A stretch of DNA of 60,487 nt, the filler included, from Diploschistes diacapsis (Eukaryota), in NCBI GenBank assembly GCA_023645945.1. It is 9 parts of 9 records of this genome, joined end to end, with 100 filler letters (N's around TTAATTAATTAA, not from the genome) between each part and the next. Parts side by side here need not be neighbours in the genome. Positions count along the whole stretch, not along the records: positions 53,894 to 60,487 come from JALAIB010001370.1; 8 more parts are not named here. One strand, 5' to 3'. How positions within the stretch are numbered: the first letter of the stretch is position 1; each line of letters opens with the position of its first letter. The notes beneath the pieces were generated by a model that had not been told where the DNA came from, ran no database searches, and saw only the letters and a program-made list of their open reading frames with translations. The position numbers were made by a program, and so were the translations under genes. Positions 60,214-60,487 of the stretch are shown piece after piece.

Positions 60214-60487
60214 ATGTTTTCGCGAACGTGCTTCGGCAGGGGTCTTTCAACAGCACCACACTGCCAGCCAATCTTCCGCGCCTCTCCTTCCCCATCGCGC
60301 CTTGCTCTTCTCCGCCGTCCAGCAACCACAACCTCGACCTCGAGCTCAACGGAGCAACCGATCCAAGAATACCCGCCACTCCACTCCAACGCCAAAGCCT
60401 CAACCACAGCCTCACACCCGCCACCAACCGCCGCCGCAGCACCGGGCACGCCAACGACCCTCTCCCGCGACCCGTGCCCACCACCCC
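60214..60487 (+). CDS. Possible N-terminus of a protein with a mitochondrial-presequence-like start, open to the window end
   Basis: caccacaATG context; MFSRTCFGRGLSTA..RLALLRR is Arg/Ser-rich with no acidic residues. Other frames are also open, so this is uncertain. Confidence 0.3.
   Translation, partial: MFSRTCFGRGLSTAPHCQPIFRASPSPSRLALLRRPATTTSTSSSTEQPIQEYPPLHSNAKASTTASHPPPTAAAAPGTPTTLSRDPCPPP

Overview
Fungal (Pezizomycotina-type ascomycete) DNA with intron-containing genes. The window is not one locus. It is nine contigs (6676, 6663, 6660, 6655, 6623, 6608, 6608, 6600 and 6594 bp) joined by identical 100-nt N44-TTAATTAATTAA-N44 spacers and sorted by decreasing length, so gene neighbourhoods mean something only within a contig. 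C1: ERB1, an Abr2/yA-type multicopper oxidase, and the start of a secreted protein. C2: CPSF6-like RRM protein, SNX3, a double-telobox Myb protein, and an AT-rich repeat relic. C3: NIPA transporter, an unexplained hairpin-dense intergenic element, and a MOSC protein. C4: UBC11-type E2 divergent from CHK1, plus PXA1. C5: Zn2Cys6 transcription factor and a HET pseudogene. C6: Clr5-domain gene, a small spliced poly-Cys gene, and the SSF1/RRP3 pair. C7: NRPS-like A-T-R reductase and a CASTOR-like ACT protein. C8: Nse5-like protein, LovD-like esterase, Nudix hydrolase, and an NmrA/CipA oxidoreductase. C9: three adjacent pseudogenes (O-methyltransferase, PLP aminotransferase, tyrosinase). The most interesting leads are a hidden in-frame -RSKL peroxisomal signal behind the Nudix stop codon, a candidate structured Pol III-type ncRNA at 17062-17421, NAGNAG splice acceptors whose proximal site creates a stop (CHK1, CipA-like), frequent AAG acceptors, the poly-Cys orphan gene, and the decayed metabolic cluster. 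All identifications come from motif recognition by eye; no database searches or folding calculations were run.
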